A stretch of 64,000 nt of DNA from Phycisphaerales bacterium (GTDB lineage: Bacteria > Planctomycetota > Phycisphaerae > Phycisphaerales > UBA1924). The position numbers and the translations under genes are program-made. The notes beneath the pieces were generated by a model. The model did no database searches, was not told the origin of the DNA, and worked only from the letters and a program-made list of their open reading frames with translations. Shown here piece by piece: positions 41,376-51,028 of this stretch (position 1 is the first letter of the stretch; every line of letters begins with the position of its first letter). The stretch covers positions 271,634 to 335,633 of the forward strand of contig JBDIVY010000001.1 in the NCBI GenBank assembly GCA_039794165.1. The letters run 5' to 3'.

Positions 41376-43547
41376 ATGGGTCAGTATGCGTCGAAGTTGG
41401 GCGCGATCCGCGTTGAGCGCGAGATCGGCGGCCGCATGCTTGTTCTGGAGACCGGCCGGATCGCGCGGCAGGCGTCGTCGGCGGTGATCGCCACCTACGG
41501 CGAGAGCACGGTGATGGCGACGGTGGTGCGCGCGCCGGCGCGCGAAGGGCTGGACTTCTTCCCGCTCACGGTGGACTACCGCGAGAAGCTGCCCGCGGCG
41601 GGCAAGTTCCCGGGCGGGTTCCGCAAGCGCGAGGGCGCGCCGAACGAGAAGGAAATCCTGACGATGCGGATGATCGACCGCCCGATCAGGCCGCTCTTCC
41701 CGGATGGGTTCGTGGACGAGGTCCAGGTGCAGGTCTGGGTGATGAGCCACGACGGCGAGAACGACACGGACGTGCTGGCGGGAACGGCGGCGTCGGCGGC
41801 GCTGGCGCTCTCGGACGCGCCGTTCGAAGGGCCGACGGCGACGGTCCGCGTGGCGCGGATCCACACGGACGACGGGCCGCGCTTCGTCGTGAACCCGACG
41901 GTGAGCCAGATGGACTACTCCGACCTTGACCTCGTGCTCGCGGGGCACAAGGACGGGGTGAACATGATCGAGGTCGGCGCGGCGGAGATCGCCGAGGCGG
42001 ACATGGTCGAGGCGATCCGGTTCGGGCAGTCGCAGATCGCCGAGGCGCTTGCGGCGATCGAGGAACTGGCCGCGAAGGCCGGGCGTGAGAAGCGAGTCGG
42101 GGATCTGACGCTGCCGGACCCTGAGGTCGTTGCGAAGGTGAAGGCGGTGGCCGAGGCGCCGCTGACCACGGCGCGGAGACTGCCGGGCAAGCAGGAGCGA
42201 AGCGAGGCCGTCGATGCCGTCCGGGCGAAGATGCTCGACGAGCACTTCCCGCTCAAGCCCGGCGGCACGTACGAGGAGTACGCAAAGTCGGCCAAGGTGA
42301 GGGCGCAGGCCGTCGAGGCGTTCCGCACGCTGGAGAAGAAGGTCACCCGCAGGCTGATCGTCGAGAGCGGGGTGCGGGCAGACGGGCGGAAGTACGACGA
42401 GATCCGCACGATCGAGGCCGAGGTCGGCGTCTTCGCCCGCACGCACGGGTCCGCTCTCTTCCAGCGCGGGGAGACGCAATCGCTCGTCTCGTGCACGCTC
42501 GGCACGGCGCGCGACGAGCAGATCGTGGACGGGCTGATCCCCGAGTACTCGAAGAAGTTCACGCTTCATTACAACTTCCCGCCGTTCTCGACGGGCGAGG
42601 CGAAGCGCATCATGGGGCCTGGCCGGCGGGAGATCGGGCACGGCGCGCTCGCGGAGCGGTCGCTGATGGCCATCCTCCCCTCGCCGGACGTGTTTCCCTA
42701 CACCATCCGCGTCGTGAGCGACATCACGGAGTCGAACGGCAGTTCGTCGATGGCGTCGGTCTGCGGCGGGTGCCTCGCGCTCATGGACGCGGGCGTGCCC
42801 ATCACCGCGACCTGCGCCGGCATCTCGGTGGGCCGGTTCACGGACGACTCGGGCGGGCGGGAGGTCTTCGTCACCGACATCATCGGGGAGGAGGACTTCT
42901 TCGGCGACATGGACTTCAAGGTCTCGGGCACGCGGGGCGGGATCACGGGCATCCAGTTGGACCTCAAGGCCCGCGGGCTGAACGTCGAGCAGATCACGCG
43001 CATCTTCGAGCAGGCCCGGGTGGCGAGGCTGAAGATCATCGACAGCATGGAGGCGTGCATCGCCGCGCCGCGCGAGTCCATCTCGGTCTACGCCCCGCGC
43101 CTCATCACGCTCAACATCCACCCGGAGAAGATCGGCAAGCTGATCGGCCCGGGCGGGAAGACCATCCGCGCCCTTCAGGACAAGCACGGCGTCACGATCG
43201 ACGTGGAGGACGACGGCACGGTGATGGTCTCCGCCCCGAACGGCGAGTCGATCGACGCCGCGCGGGCCGAGATCGAGGCGCTCTGCGAGGAGATCAAGGT
43301 CGGCACGGTCTACAACGGCAGGGTGATCTCGGTGAAGGACTTCGGCGCGTTCATCGAACTGGCGCCGGGCACGGACGGCATGTGCCACATCTCGGAACTC
43401 GCGGAGGGGTACGTGAAGAGCGTGACCGATGTGGTGAAGGTGGGCGACATCGTCAAGGTGAAGGTGATCCTGGTGGACGAGCAGGGTCGCATCAAACTGA
43501 GCCGGAAGCAGGCGATGTCGGAGCAGGCGTCGGTAGCGGGGGTCTGA
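41376..43547 (+). CDS. pnp: Polyribonucleotide nucleotidyltransferase (PNPase)
   Basis: 723 aa. Two RNase PH-like domains (FFPLTVDYREK, GETQSLV, FNFPPFSTGE, REIGHGALAERS), a KH domain (IGKLIGPGGKTIRAL) and an S1 domain (GRVISVKDFGAFIEL). Confidence 0.95.
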   Translation: MGQYASKLGAIRVEREIGGRMLVLETGRIARQASSAVIATYGESTVMATVVRAPAREGLDFFPLTVDYREKLPAAGKFPGGFRKREGAPNEKEILTMRMIDRPIRPLFPDGFVDEVQVQVWVMSHDGENDTDVLAGTAASAALALSDAPFEGPTATVRVARIHTDDGPRFVVNPTVSQMDYSDLDLVLAGHKDGVNMIEVGAAEIAEADMVEAIRFGQSQIAEALAAIEELAAKAGREKRVGDLTLPDPEVVAKVKAVAEAPLTTARRLPGKQERSEAVDAVRAKMLDEHFPLKPGGTYEEYAKSAKVRAQAVEAFRTLEKKVTRRLIVESGVRADGRKYDEIRTIEAEVGVFARTHGSALFQRGETQSLVSCTLGTARDEQIVDGLIPEYSKKFTLHYNFPPFSTGEAKRIMGPGRREIGHGALAERSLMAILPSPDVFPYTIRVVSDITESNGSSSMASVCGGCLALMDAGVPITATCAGISVGRFTDDSGGREVFVTDIIGEEDFFGDMDFKVSGTRGGITGIQLDLKARGLNVEQITRIFEQARVARLKIIDSMEACIAAPRESISVYAPRLITLNIHPEKIGKLIGPGGKTIRALQDKHGVTIDVEDDGTVMVSAPNGESIDAARAEIEALCEEIKVGTVYNGRVISVKDFGAFIELAPGTDGMCHISELAEGYVKSVTDVVKVGDIVKVKVILVDEQGRIKLSRKQAMSEQASVAGV

Positions 43548-43634
43548 GCGATCTGGGCCGTTCGAGGGGCCTGTGCGCTAACCCCATTGGGGGAGGGTGT
43601 TTGCGCGCACGGGACGCCATCGCCTGAACACCAG

Positions 43635-43662
43635 TTGACCGCCGGCGCGTTTCTGGTAATCT
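43635..43662 (+). promoter_or_regulatory. Candidate sigma-70-type promoter for the cold-shock gene
   Basis: TTGACC - 16 nt - TAATCT, with TG at the extended -10 position. This would give a 5' UTR of roughly 175 nt before ATG 43845. Confidence 0.35.
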
Positions 43663-43844
43663 GGACAAGGTCCGTCGATGGACTGTCTTGGCCCCGCGAT
43701 CGCGGCGCTCCCCTGTGCGGGCCGCTGCCGAGCGGGGTGTTGCAGGGGGTTTGCGTTGAAGACGCGGCAGGTCATCACGGTCGCGGCCCGGTGGGGCGTC
43801 GGCGCGTGCCGTCGCACTTCGACGCGGTGTTGGGGGATCGTCGC

Positions 43845-44129
43845 ATGACCGACGTGCCGTCGCAGGCCATCGCGGAGACCGAGGGTGTCGTGAAGTGGTT
43901 CGACCCTCGCAAGGGGTTCGGCTTCATCATCGGCCCGGATGGGCAGGACATCTTCGTGCACTTCTCGGTCATCGAGGGGGATGGGTTCCGTGCGCTGAAG
44001 GACGGCTCGTCGGTCGTCTACGACGCGCAGAAAACGGACAAGGGGTGGAAGGCGACGAAGGTGCGCCGTTCCGACCCGGTCGTCGCGGTGATGCCGAAGC
44101 GGAACTACGCACGCACGCCCAGACGCTGA
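43845..44129 (+). CDS. Cold-shock domain protein (CspA family) with a short basic C-terminal extension
   Basis: GVVKWFDPRKGFGFIIGPDGQDIFVHFSVI contains the RNP1 (KGFGFI) and RNP2 (VFVHF-type) motifs. Confidence 0.9.
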   Translation: MTDVPSQAIAETEGVVKWFDPRKGFGFIIGPDGQDIFVHFSVIEGDGFRALKDGSSVVYDAQKTDKGWKATKVRRSDPVVAVMPKRNYARTPRR

Positions 44130-44178
44130 CCCCCCTCGCCGACGCGAGGGCGTCGATCGCCGGTATCCTTCGGCTCCC

Positions 44179-45093
44179 TTGTCAGTGATCCATGCCTCCA
44201 TCGTGACGCCGACGGTGGCGCAGCCCGCGCCGGGCTGGGTTGCGCCCGCACTCACCGGGTTCGCGGTCGGGGTGGTCCTGGCGGCGCTCGCTGCGCGGCG
44301 TCTCCTCCGACGGCAGGTCAGGTGGGTTCGGGCCGCGGAACGGCGGGCGCGAGGTGCGGAGCGGCTGGCCGAACTCGGGGCGATGACCAGCGGCCTGGCG
44401 CACGAGATCAAGAACCCGCTCTCCACCATCGGGCTGAACGTGCAACTGCTCCGCGAGGGTGTCGGCGACATTCCGGGGGACTCGGACGAGAAGGCACGGC
44501 TGCTGCGCCGCCTGGAATCGCTCGGACGCGAGGTGGAGCGGCTGAGGGGCATCCTGACGGACTTCCTCGAGTACGCGGGCGAACTGCGCCTCGACGCCGC
44601 GCCGACGGATATTCATCAGGTCATCGGCGAACTGATCGATTTCTTCATGCCGCAGGCGGAGCGGCAGCGCGTGCGTCTGCGATCGGACCTTGCGCCGGGT
44701 TCGCTCGTGGCGGTCGTCGACGCGGCCCACCTGAAGCAGGCGTTGCTCAACCTGATGCTCAACGCGGTGCAGGCCATGGCGCGGCAGGGCGACGACCGGC
44801 CGCGAGAACTGATCGTTCGGACGGGGCGCGAGGACGACCGTGACGACGCGGCGTTCGTGATTCACGTGATCGACACCGGGCCGGGCATCCCGGCGGAGAC
44901 GCTCGAACGGATCTTCAATCCGTACTTCACGACGCGGTCGGGCGGCACGGGGCTGGGGCTGCCGACGGCACGGCGGATCGTTGAGGCGCACGGCGGGCGG
45001 ATCGAGGTCCACTCCGAGGTGGGCAAGGGGACGGACTTTTCGGTCGTGCTGCCCGCGGCGGGGAGTGCGGGCGAGCAGCGGGAGAGAAAGTAG
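44179..45093 (+). CDS. Small membrane-anchored sensor histidine kinase (HisKA plus HATPase_c)
   Basis: Transmembrane segment LTGFAVGVVLAALAA. H-box MTSGLAHEIKNPLSTI. N-box LLNLMLNAVQA. DTGPGI. GTGLGLPTA. TTG start as in the track, so the exact start is uncertain. Confidence 0.8.
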   Translation: MSVIHASIVTPTVAQPAPGWVAPALTGFAVGVVLAALAARRLLRRQVRWVRAAERRARGAERLAELGAMTSGLAHEIKNPLSTIGLNVQLLREGVGDIPGDSDEKARLLRRLESLGREVERLRGILTDFLEYAGELRLDAAPTDIHQVIGELIDFFMPQAERQRVRLRSDLAPGSLVAVVDAAHLKQALLNLMLNAVQAMARQGDDRPRELIVRTGREDDRDDAAFVIHVIDTGPGIPAETLERIFNPYFTTRSGGTGLGLPTARRIVEAHGGRIEVHSEVGKGTDFSVVLPAAGSAGEQRERK

Positions 45094-45128
45094 CGGGGCC
45101 TGGAAAGGCACCTCCCCGAGGCGATGGT

Positions 45129-46415
45129 TCAGAGTTGGCCGTACACGCCGCCGATGATCGTCGCGGCGCGGCGGAGTTCATCGAACGAGTTCAGGATGTC
45201 GGGGCAGAGGCGCACATAGCCGGCCGACGGGTCGTGCGGGGCTGGTCTGCTGTCGGTGTTCACGCCTGCCTCGTGCAGCCGTCGCGTCATCTCGGCGTGC
45301 TGGGGGGTCGGTACGAGCAGGAACGCGCCGTGCGGTTCGACGTCCAGGACCGGCACGCCCGCGCGGGCCAACTCATCTTCGAGGAAGGCCTGCTGTTCGA
45401 GGTTGTAGCCGCGCAGCCGCTCGACCCCCAGTGCGAGCGTGAGTTCGAGCCCGGCGAGCGCCTGGAAGCAGGTGAGCACGGCGGGGGTGGCTTCGAGCCA
45501 CGCGTCGCCGCCGGGGCTGAGTTCGGGCTGGTCGGGCCGTCGGAACGCGAAGGTGTCGCGCTTGGCGAACCAGCCGGTGTCGGTGGTGAAGAGGGCGGGG
45601 AGCGGGCCTTGTTCGAGGTGCCGGGGATGGATCGCCAGCCACCCCGCGCCGGGGCCGCCGCGCGTGTACTTGTAGTTGCCGCCGATGGCGAAGTCGGGGG
45701 CGAGGCGGTCGAAGCGCATCGGGATCGCCCCGGCGGCGTGATAGGCGTCGAGCAGGACGAAGGCGCCGGCGTCGTGCGCCTGCGCGATGATGCGGTCCAG
45801 GCCATCGAGCACCTGCCCCGTCACGAAGTAGACGACGCTGACGACGACGAGGTCGGTGTCGGCGTCGATGGCGTTGATGATCGCATCGGCGGAGAACACG
45901 CCGCGGTCGTCCGGGGCGACCCAGCGGATGTCCGCCCGGCCCTTGCGCTGGTAGGTCTTGAGGATGAAATCGATCGAGTCGAACTCGCCGCGCGTTGTCA
46001 CGATGCGCGGCCGCTGCGTCGGGAGCGAGTTGATCGCGGTCCGCAGGCCCTGCCCCGCCGAGACGCGCGGCACGACCGCGTCCGGACGCGAACACCCGAT
46101 CAGCGCGGCGAGCATCGCACGGTAGCGGTTCGAGGCCTCGATCCAGTGCGGCCATGCGCCGTCGAGCCGCTCGTACCACAGGTCGAGTGCGCGGCGAATG
46201 TCGTCGTCGGTGCGGTCGAGGGGGCGGCCGAGCGAGTGGTTCGAGAGGTAGAGCTCGCCGCGGCGCAGCACCCGCGAGAAGAGCGGATGGATGTGCCGAC
46301 GAAGCCCGTCCTTGGTGAGAGGGCCGTCGCCCAGGGCGCGCACCGCGTCGGCGATTTCCGCGCCGAACGAGACGCCGGGCGGGGGGGAGTCGAGCGTCTG
46401 CGTGCCGTGGGCCAT
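45129..46415 (-). CDS. kynU: Kynureninase-family PLP enzyme
   Basis: YLSNHSLGRP...LDLW..., VVVSVVYFVTGQV, LLDAYHAAGAIPM and GGNYKYTRGGPGAGWL are kynureninase-like. ATG 46415 overlaps the kynA stop (ATGA) and GGGAGG lies upstream. Confidence 0.82.
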   Translation of the reverse strand: MAHGTQTLDSPPPGVSFGAEIADAVRALGDGPLTKDGLRRHIHPLFSRVLRRGELYLSNHSLGRPLDRTDDDIRRALDLWYERLDGAWPHWIEASNRYRAMLAALIGCSRPDAVVPRVSAGQGLRTAINSLPTQRPRIVTTRGEFDSIDFILKTYQRKGRADIRWVAPDDRGVFSADAIINAIDADTDLVVVSVVYFVTGQVLDGLDRIIAQAHDAGAFVLLDAYHAAGAIPMRFDRLAPDFAIGGNYKYTRGGPGAGWLAIHPRHLEQGPLPALFTTDTGWFAKRDTFAFRRPDQPELSPGGDAWLEATPAVLTCFQALAGLELTLALGVERLRGYNLEQQAFLEDELARAGVPVLDVEPHGAFLLVPTPQHAEMTRRLHEAGVNTDSRPAPHDPSAGYVRLCPDILNSFDELRRAATIIGGVYGQL

Positions 46416-47281
46416 CACATGCCTCCCGGGCCTTGGACGAGGGTGCGGACGTCCCAGAGTTCCGGGAAGAAGGTGCGTTCGGTGGCGTGCTTGAGGTACG
46501 CGACGCCGGCGGTGCCGCCGGTGCCGCGCTTGAAGCCGATGATCCGCATGACGACCTTCAGGTGCCTGAAGCGCCAGAGGGCGTACTGCTCGTCCAGGTC
46601 CACGAGTTTCTCGCACATTTCGTAGGCGTCCCAGTGGGCGTTCGGCTCGTCGTAGATGCGCTTGATGACCTCGACGACGCCGGGGTGAGACTCGTGCGGG
46701 CTCGAGGTGTCGCGGCGCAACACCTCGTCGGGGATCGGCAGGCTCCGCCGCGCCAGGTGGCGGAGGAACTCGTCGTACAGGCTGGGCGCACGCAGCGCTC
46801 GATCCAGTTCGGCGTAGGTGTCCTTCTTGTGACGGAAGACGGCGAGCATGCGCTCGTCCTTCGCGCCGAGCAGGAACTCAACCATCCGGTGCTGGGCGGA
46901 CTGCAGCCCGCTGGCCGGGCCGAGGACGTGGCGGAACTGGACGTACTCGCTGGGCGTGAGCGTCGCAAGCACGCTCCACTGATCCAGCAACTGGGCCTGC
47001 ACGTGCTTGACGCGGGCGAGAATCTTGAACGACGGTTCCAGTTCGTCGCGCCTCACGTGCTCGATCGCGGCACGCAACTCGTGGATGATGAGCTTGAACC
47101 AGAGTTCCGTGGTCTGGTGCTGGATGATGAAGAGCAGTTCGTCGTGGTGGGGGGGGGAAGAGAGCGGCCGCTGGGCGCTGAGCAGCGTGTCGAGGGACAG
47201 GTACCCGGCGTAGTCGAGGCGGCCCTCGAGGTCGGTGGTCATCTCCTCCCGCTGCCGCGGGCCGGGCTGGTCTGAAGGCAT
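46415..47281 (-). CDS. kynA: Tryptophan 2,3-dioxygenase
   Basis: [16 protein letters not shown]...[19 protein letters not shown]...[23 protein letters not shown]...WRFRH...V.R.IG.K.GTGG are canonical TDO motifs. Confidence 0.9.
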   Translation of the reverse strand: MPSDQPGPRQREEMTTDLEGRLDYAGYLSLDTLLSAQRPLSSPPHHDELLFIIQHQTTELWFKLIIHELRAAIEHVRRDELEPSFKILARVKHVQAQLLDQWSVLATLTPSEYVQFRHVLGPASGLQSAQHRMVEFLLGAKDERMLAVFRHKKDTYAELDRALRAPSLYDEFLRHLARRSLPIPDEVLRRDTSSPHESHPGVVEVIKRIYDEPNAHWDAYEMCEKLVDLDEQYALWRFRHLKVVMRIIGFKRGTGGTAGVAYLKHATERTFFPELWDVRTLVQGPGGM

Positions 47282-47377
47282 CGGTCGCTCCCGTCGTGGC
47301 TCGCGGGGCGGCGGCGCCTCCGCGCCCCGGCTGGGGAGCCTAGACGAACGATGCGGCAGGCGGCGTGAGACCGGCGA

Positions 47378-47617
47378 CTAGCGGACGACGCTGTCCAACG
47401 AGCCGCGGTCGGCGGCGGCGAGGTCGTCGCGGAGCATCGCGGCCCTGCGGGCGTGGATCGGCTCGATGCTCGAACCATCGCCGGCCATCGGCTGGAAGAC
47501 CACGCCCCGGAGGAGCGTGGATTCCTCGGCGGCCGAGTACCCACAGCCCGTGGCGGCCAGCGTGAGGGCGACGAGGCCCCCCAGGGCGGCTCTGCTGCTC
47601 ATTCGCGGACGAATCAT
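47378..47617 (-). CDS. Small putative lipoprotein (79 aa)
   Basis: MIRPRMSSRAALGGLVALTLAATGC has a lipobox. GGAG Shine-Dalgarno 6 nt upstream. GC3-rich. Confidence 0.5.
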   Translation of the reverse strand: MIRPRMSSRAALGGLVALTLAATGCGYSAAEESTLLRGVVFQPMAGDGSSIEPIHARRAAMLRDDLAAADRGSLDSVVR

Positions 47618-48011
47618 GGGAGTCTCCAAGCCTCGCGACCTGTGCAGTCTCCCTGCCATACCGATGTCACCATCGGCCGTGGCGGGGGGCCGCTTCGGTC
47701 GAGTTATCGAGCGCGTGTCGATTTGCCGGTCAGGAGGGCCGCCGAGGCGGGTTGTGGGGGCGATCCCTGTCGCTAAGTCCTGTGTTCCCGGTCTCTTAGG
47801 TGCTATTCGACAATTTCATCGGGATCGGTTGCAGGCGATATCGGACTTCCGGCGGGTCGTGGCTGCGCGGGAGGTAGGAGTCCGTTCGCGCTCTCGACGC
47901 CGACTCGGCGTGCCTTCCCGCGATTGACGGTCCGGACCGCGGCACTACCATCGATCCGCACCGGTCGGTGTGCCCGGATGAGAGCCGCACGGACGACGAG
48001 AGACCTGCGTC

Positions 48012-48887
48012 ATGAAGACAGCGTTCAGCACCGTGGCCTGTCCCGAATGGACGCTGGACCAGGTCTTCGACTTCGCCGCTCACCTTGAGTTCGACGGCGT
48101 CGAACTCCGGACGCTCGGGCCTGCTTCGACCGACCTCGCGTGCGACCCGGCCCTGACCGACCCGGAGAAGACGAGGAGGATGGCCGCGCGGGCCGGCCTG
48201 GCAACCCCCTGTCTGGCCACCTCAGCCCGGTTCGACTCGCCGATCCGACCGCCGGTGGTGGGGCGGGTACTGGGCGAGATGATGCGACCGGCGCGGCTTG
48301 CGCAGCGAGAGGTTGAACTCGCCGATCATCTCGGCTGCGGATTCGTCCGCGTGTTCGGGTTCGAGAGGCCGCTGGGCGAGCGCGCGGGATCATGCATCGA
48401 GCGCATCGCGGACCGGCTTCGGGCTGTCGCCGACACGGGGCGTGCGCGCGGCGTGCGCATCGTGGTCGAGAACGGCGGCTCCTTTCCGACGGCCGCCGAC
48501 CTCATGGCCCTGATCGACCGGGTTGGCAACCCGATGCTCGGGGCGACGTACTCGGTCGCGGTCGGGCACGCGGCCGGCGAGCAGCCGCGCGACGCGATCC
48601 ACACGCTCGGCGATCGGCTCTGGATCGCGAAGGTGAAGGATCTGGCGGGCGGACGGCCTTGCGCGCTCGGGCGCGGCGAGGTGCCCTGCCGTGCGGCGGT
48701 GGAGACGCTCGCGGATCGGGGCTTCGGCGGATGGGTCGTCTACGAGTGGGACCGGCTGTGGATCGGCGATCTGGAACCGGCGGAGCAGGCGCTGCACGCT
48801 GCCGACGAGACCTTGCACACGTGGATCGGCGCGGCGCGCGGAGCCGGCGGCGGCGCGGCCGGTCGTCGGTCGCTCGCCGGGGTCTGA
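48012..48887 (+). CDS. Sugar phosphate isomerase/epimerase (xylose isomerase-like TIM barrel)
   Basis: MKTAFSTVACPEWTLDQVFDFAAHLEFDGVELR... and IVVENGGSF are typical of the AP_endonuc_2/TIM-barrel family. Confidence 0.7.
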   Translation: MKTAFSTVACPEWTLDQVFDFAAHLEFDGVELRTLGPASTDLACDPALTDPEKTRRMAARAGLATPCLATSARFDSPIRPPVVGRVLGEMMRPARLAQREVELADHLGCGFVRVFGFERPLGERAGSCIERIADRLRAVADTGRARGVRIVVENGGSFPTAADLMALIDRVGNPMLGATYSVAVGHAAGEQPRDAIHTLGDRLWIAKVKDLAGGRPCALGRGEVPCRAAVETLADRGFGGWVVYEWDRLWIGDLEPAEQALHAADETLHTWIGAARGAGGGAAGRRSLAGV

Positions 48888-48975
48888 ACCCGCTGGAAAG
48901 ACCGTCGGCGTGGTCGCTAGTGTTGCGGCGGAGGCAAAGGGAATCGCGGCCTGAAACAGGCCCGGAGGTGCGGTC

Positions 48976-50016
48976 ATGGCCATTCGGATCGGGATCAACG
49001 GGTTCGGGCGGATCGGACGGCTGGTGTACCGCATCGCGGCCGAGGACCCGGGCCTTGAGATCGTGTGGGTCAACGACCTCGTGCCCGCCGACAACCTCGC
49101 CTACCTGCTGAAGTACGACACGATGCACGGCCGGTTCACGCTGGGCGGCAAGCCCGCGGTGATCGAGGCGACGGAGTCGTCGTTCACGGTCAACGGGCGC
49201 ACGACGCGGACCTCCGCCGAGCGCGACCCGGCGAAACTGGCGTGGGGTGATGCGGGCGTGCAGTACGTGCTGGAATCGACGGGGCTGTTCACCGACTACG
49301 AGGGCGCGCACAAGCACGTCGAGAACAACGGGTGCCGGCGTGTCGTCATCTCCGCGCCCACGAAAAGCACGGAGCAGGTGCCGACGCTCTGCTTCAAGGT
49401 GAACCACGAGCAGTACGACCCGGCGAAGCATGAGGTCGTCTCGAACGCGAGTTGCACGACGAACTGCCTCGCGCCGGTGGCCAAGGTGATTCAGGACTCG
49501 TTCGGGCTTGAAGAGGGGCTGATGACGACCGTGCACGCCGCGACGGCGACGCAGCCGACGCAGGACGGCCCAAGCAAGAAGGACTGGCGCGGCGGGCGCA
49601 ACGCCTACCAGAACATCATCCCGGCCAGCACCGGGGCGGCGAAGGCGGTCACGCTCTGCATCCCGAGCCTCAAGGGCAGACTGACGGGCATGGCGTTCCG
49701 CGTGCCGACGGCGGACGTCTCGGCGGTGGACCTGACGTTCCGCACCTCGCGCCCGACGAGCCTGGAGGCGATTCACCAGGCGATGCGGCAGGCGGCGGAG
49801 GGGCCGATGTCCGGCGTGCTCGGGTATACCGAGGAGGAGGTCGTGTCGAGCGACTTCATCGGGGACCGGCGCTCGTCCGTCTACGACGCGAAGGCGTGCA
49901 TCCAGTTGAACGACCGGTTCTTCAAGGTCGTGGCGTGGTACGACAACGAGGCCGGGTACGCCGCGCGGTGCATCGACCTGATCCGCTTCATGGCGACCCG
50001 CGACGGCGTCGCCTGA
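48976..50016 (+). CDS. gap: Glyceraldehyde-3-phosphate dehydrogenase
   Basis: [26 protein letters not shown] (catalytic Cys), [13 protein letters not shown] Shine-Dalgarno. Confidence 0.95.
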   Translation: MAIRIGINGFGRIGRLVYRIAAEDPGLEIVWVNDLVPADNLAYLLKYDTMHGRFTLGGKPAVIEATESSFTVNGRTTRTSAERDPAKLAWGDAGVQYVLESTGLFTDYEGAHKHVENNGCRRVVISAPTKSTEQVPTLCFKVNHEQYDPAKHEVVSNASCTTNCLAPVAKVIQDSFGLEEGLMTTVHAATATQPTQDGPSKKDWRGGRNAYQNIIPASTGAAKAVTLCIPSLKGRLTGMAFRVPTADVSAVDLTFRTSRPTSLEAIHQAMRQAAEGPMSGVLGYTEEEVVSSDFIGDRRSSVYDAKACIQLNDRFFKVVAWYDNEAGYAARCIDLIRFMATRDGVA

Positions 50017-50147
50017 GCGAGCGACCGCGGGGAGTCCCTCGGTTCCGCGGTATCGGGCGAGTCAAGGCGCCGAAGGTCTTTGTCGTGCGCGTCGGCTCTG
50101 GTACAGTGGCGCGACGCGGGAGCGCCGCGAGTTTCCGGAGGCCGACG

Positions 50148-50996
50148 ATGTCGAGATGGCTGCTTTGTTGTGTCGTGTTCGCGCCGTGCGCGGCTGTGGC
50201 GATCTCGCGTGCCGCCGATGAGGTGGTGCTCGTATCCATGCGCGACAACACGCTCTGCGAGACGGACGATGGATCGCTGAGCAACGGCGCGGGGCAGCAT
50301 TGCTTCGCTGGCACGACCGCGCTGGGAGAGAAGCGGCGAGCGCTGGTCGCCTTCGACGTGGCCGGCGTGGTGCCCGAAGGCTCGGTCATCGTCGGCGTGA
50401 CGCTCACGCTGAACATGTCGAAGACCATCGTCGGTGGCGTGGACGTCGCGATCCACCGCGTGCTGCGCGACTGGGGCGAGGGGGCGTCCGACGCGGTTGG
50501 CGCGGAGGGCCAGGGCGCGCCCGCCGAGCCGGGCGATGCCACGTGGCTCCACACGTTCTACCCAGGCGAGTTCTGGGATGCGCCGGGCGGAGATTTTGAT
50601 CCGTCGTCCTCGGCGAGCATCGTCGTCGGCGCGGTCGGGCCGTACGCCTGGGGTTCGACCGACCGCATGGTGGCGGACGTGCGGGCGTGGCTGGACGATC
50701 CGGCGTCGAACTTCGGCTGGGCCGTGATCGTGGACGAGAGCGTGATCCCCGGCGCGAAGCGTTTCGACACGCGAGAGCACCCGGACCCCGCGGTCCGCCC
50801 CGCGTTGCGTGTTGAGTTCGTGCCGCCGTGCATCGCGGACTGGGACGGAGACGGCGCGGTCACGACGCTCGACTTCCTCGCGTTTCTGAACGACTGGGCC
50901 GCGGGGAATCCGCGGGCCGACCTGAACGGCGACGGGACGGTGAACACGATCGATTTTCTGGCGTTCCTGAACGCCTGGAGCGCGGGCTGCGGCTGA
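50148..50996 (+). CDS. Secreted protein with an unassigned N-terminal domain and a C-terminal GC-type dockerin-like module
   Basis: Signal peptide MSRWLLCCVVFAPCAAVAISRA. C-terminus CIADWDGDGAVTTLDFLAFLNDWAAGNPRADLNGDGTVNTIDFLAFLNAWSAGCG. GGAGG Shine-Dalgarno. Confidence 0.7.
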   Translation: MSRWLLCCVVFAPCAAVAISRAADEVVLVSMRDNTLCETDDGSLSNGAGQHCFAGTTALGEKRRALVAFDVAGVVPEGSVIVGVTLTLNMSKTIVGGVDVAIHRVLRDWGEGASDAVGAEGQGAPAEPGDATWLHTFYPGEFWDAPGGDFDPSSSASIVVGAVGPYAWGSTDRMVADVRAWLDDPASNFGWAVIVDESVIPGAKRFDTREHPDPAVRPALRVEFVPPCIADWDGDGAVTTLDFLAFLNDWAAGNPRADLNGDGTVNTIDFLAFLNAWSAGCG

Positions 50997-51028
50997 GCAG
51001 GATCCTTGAGCGAGACCGGGGAGGTGCG

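Noticed and set aside
47796-48083. ORF 47796..48083(-) of 95 aa and ORF 47466..47927(+) of 153 aa in the gene-poor gap.
   Set aside because: Codon third positions are much less GC-biased than in all confident genes. The sequences have no motifs, and one overlaps the start of the isomerase gene. I treated the region as non-coding or uncertain; see the finding on 47618-48011.
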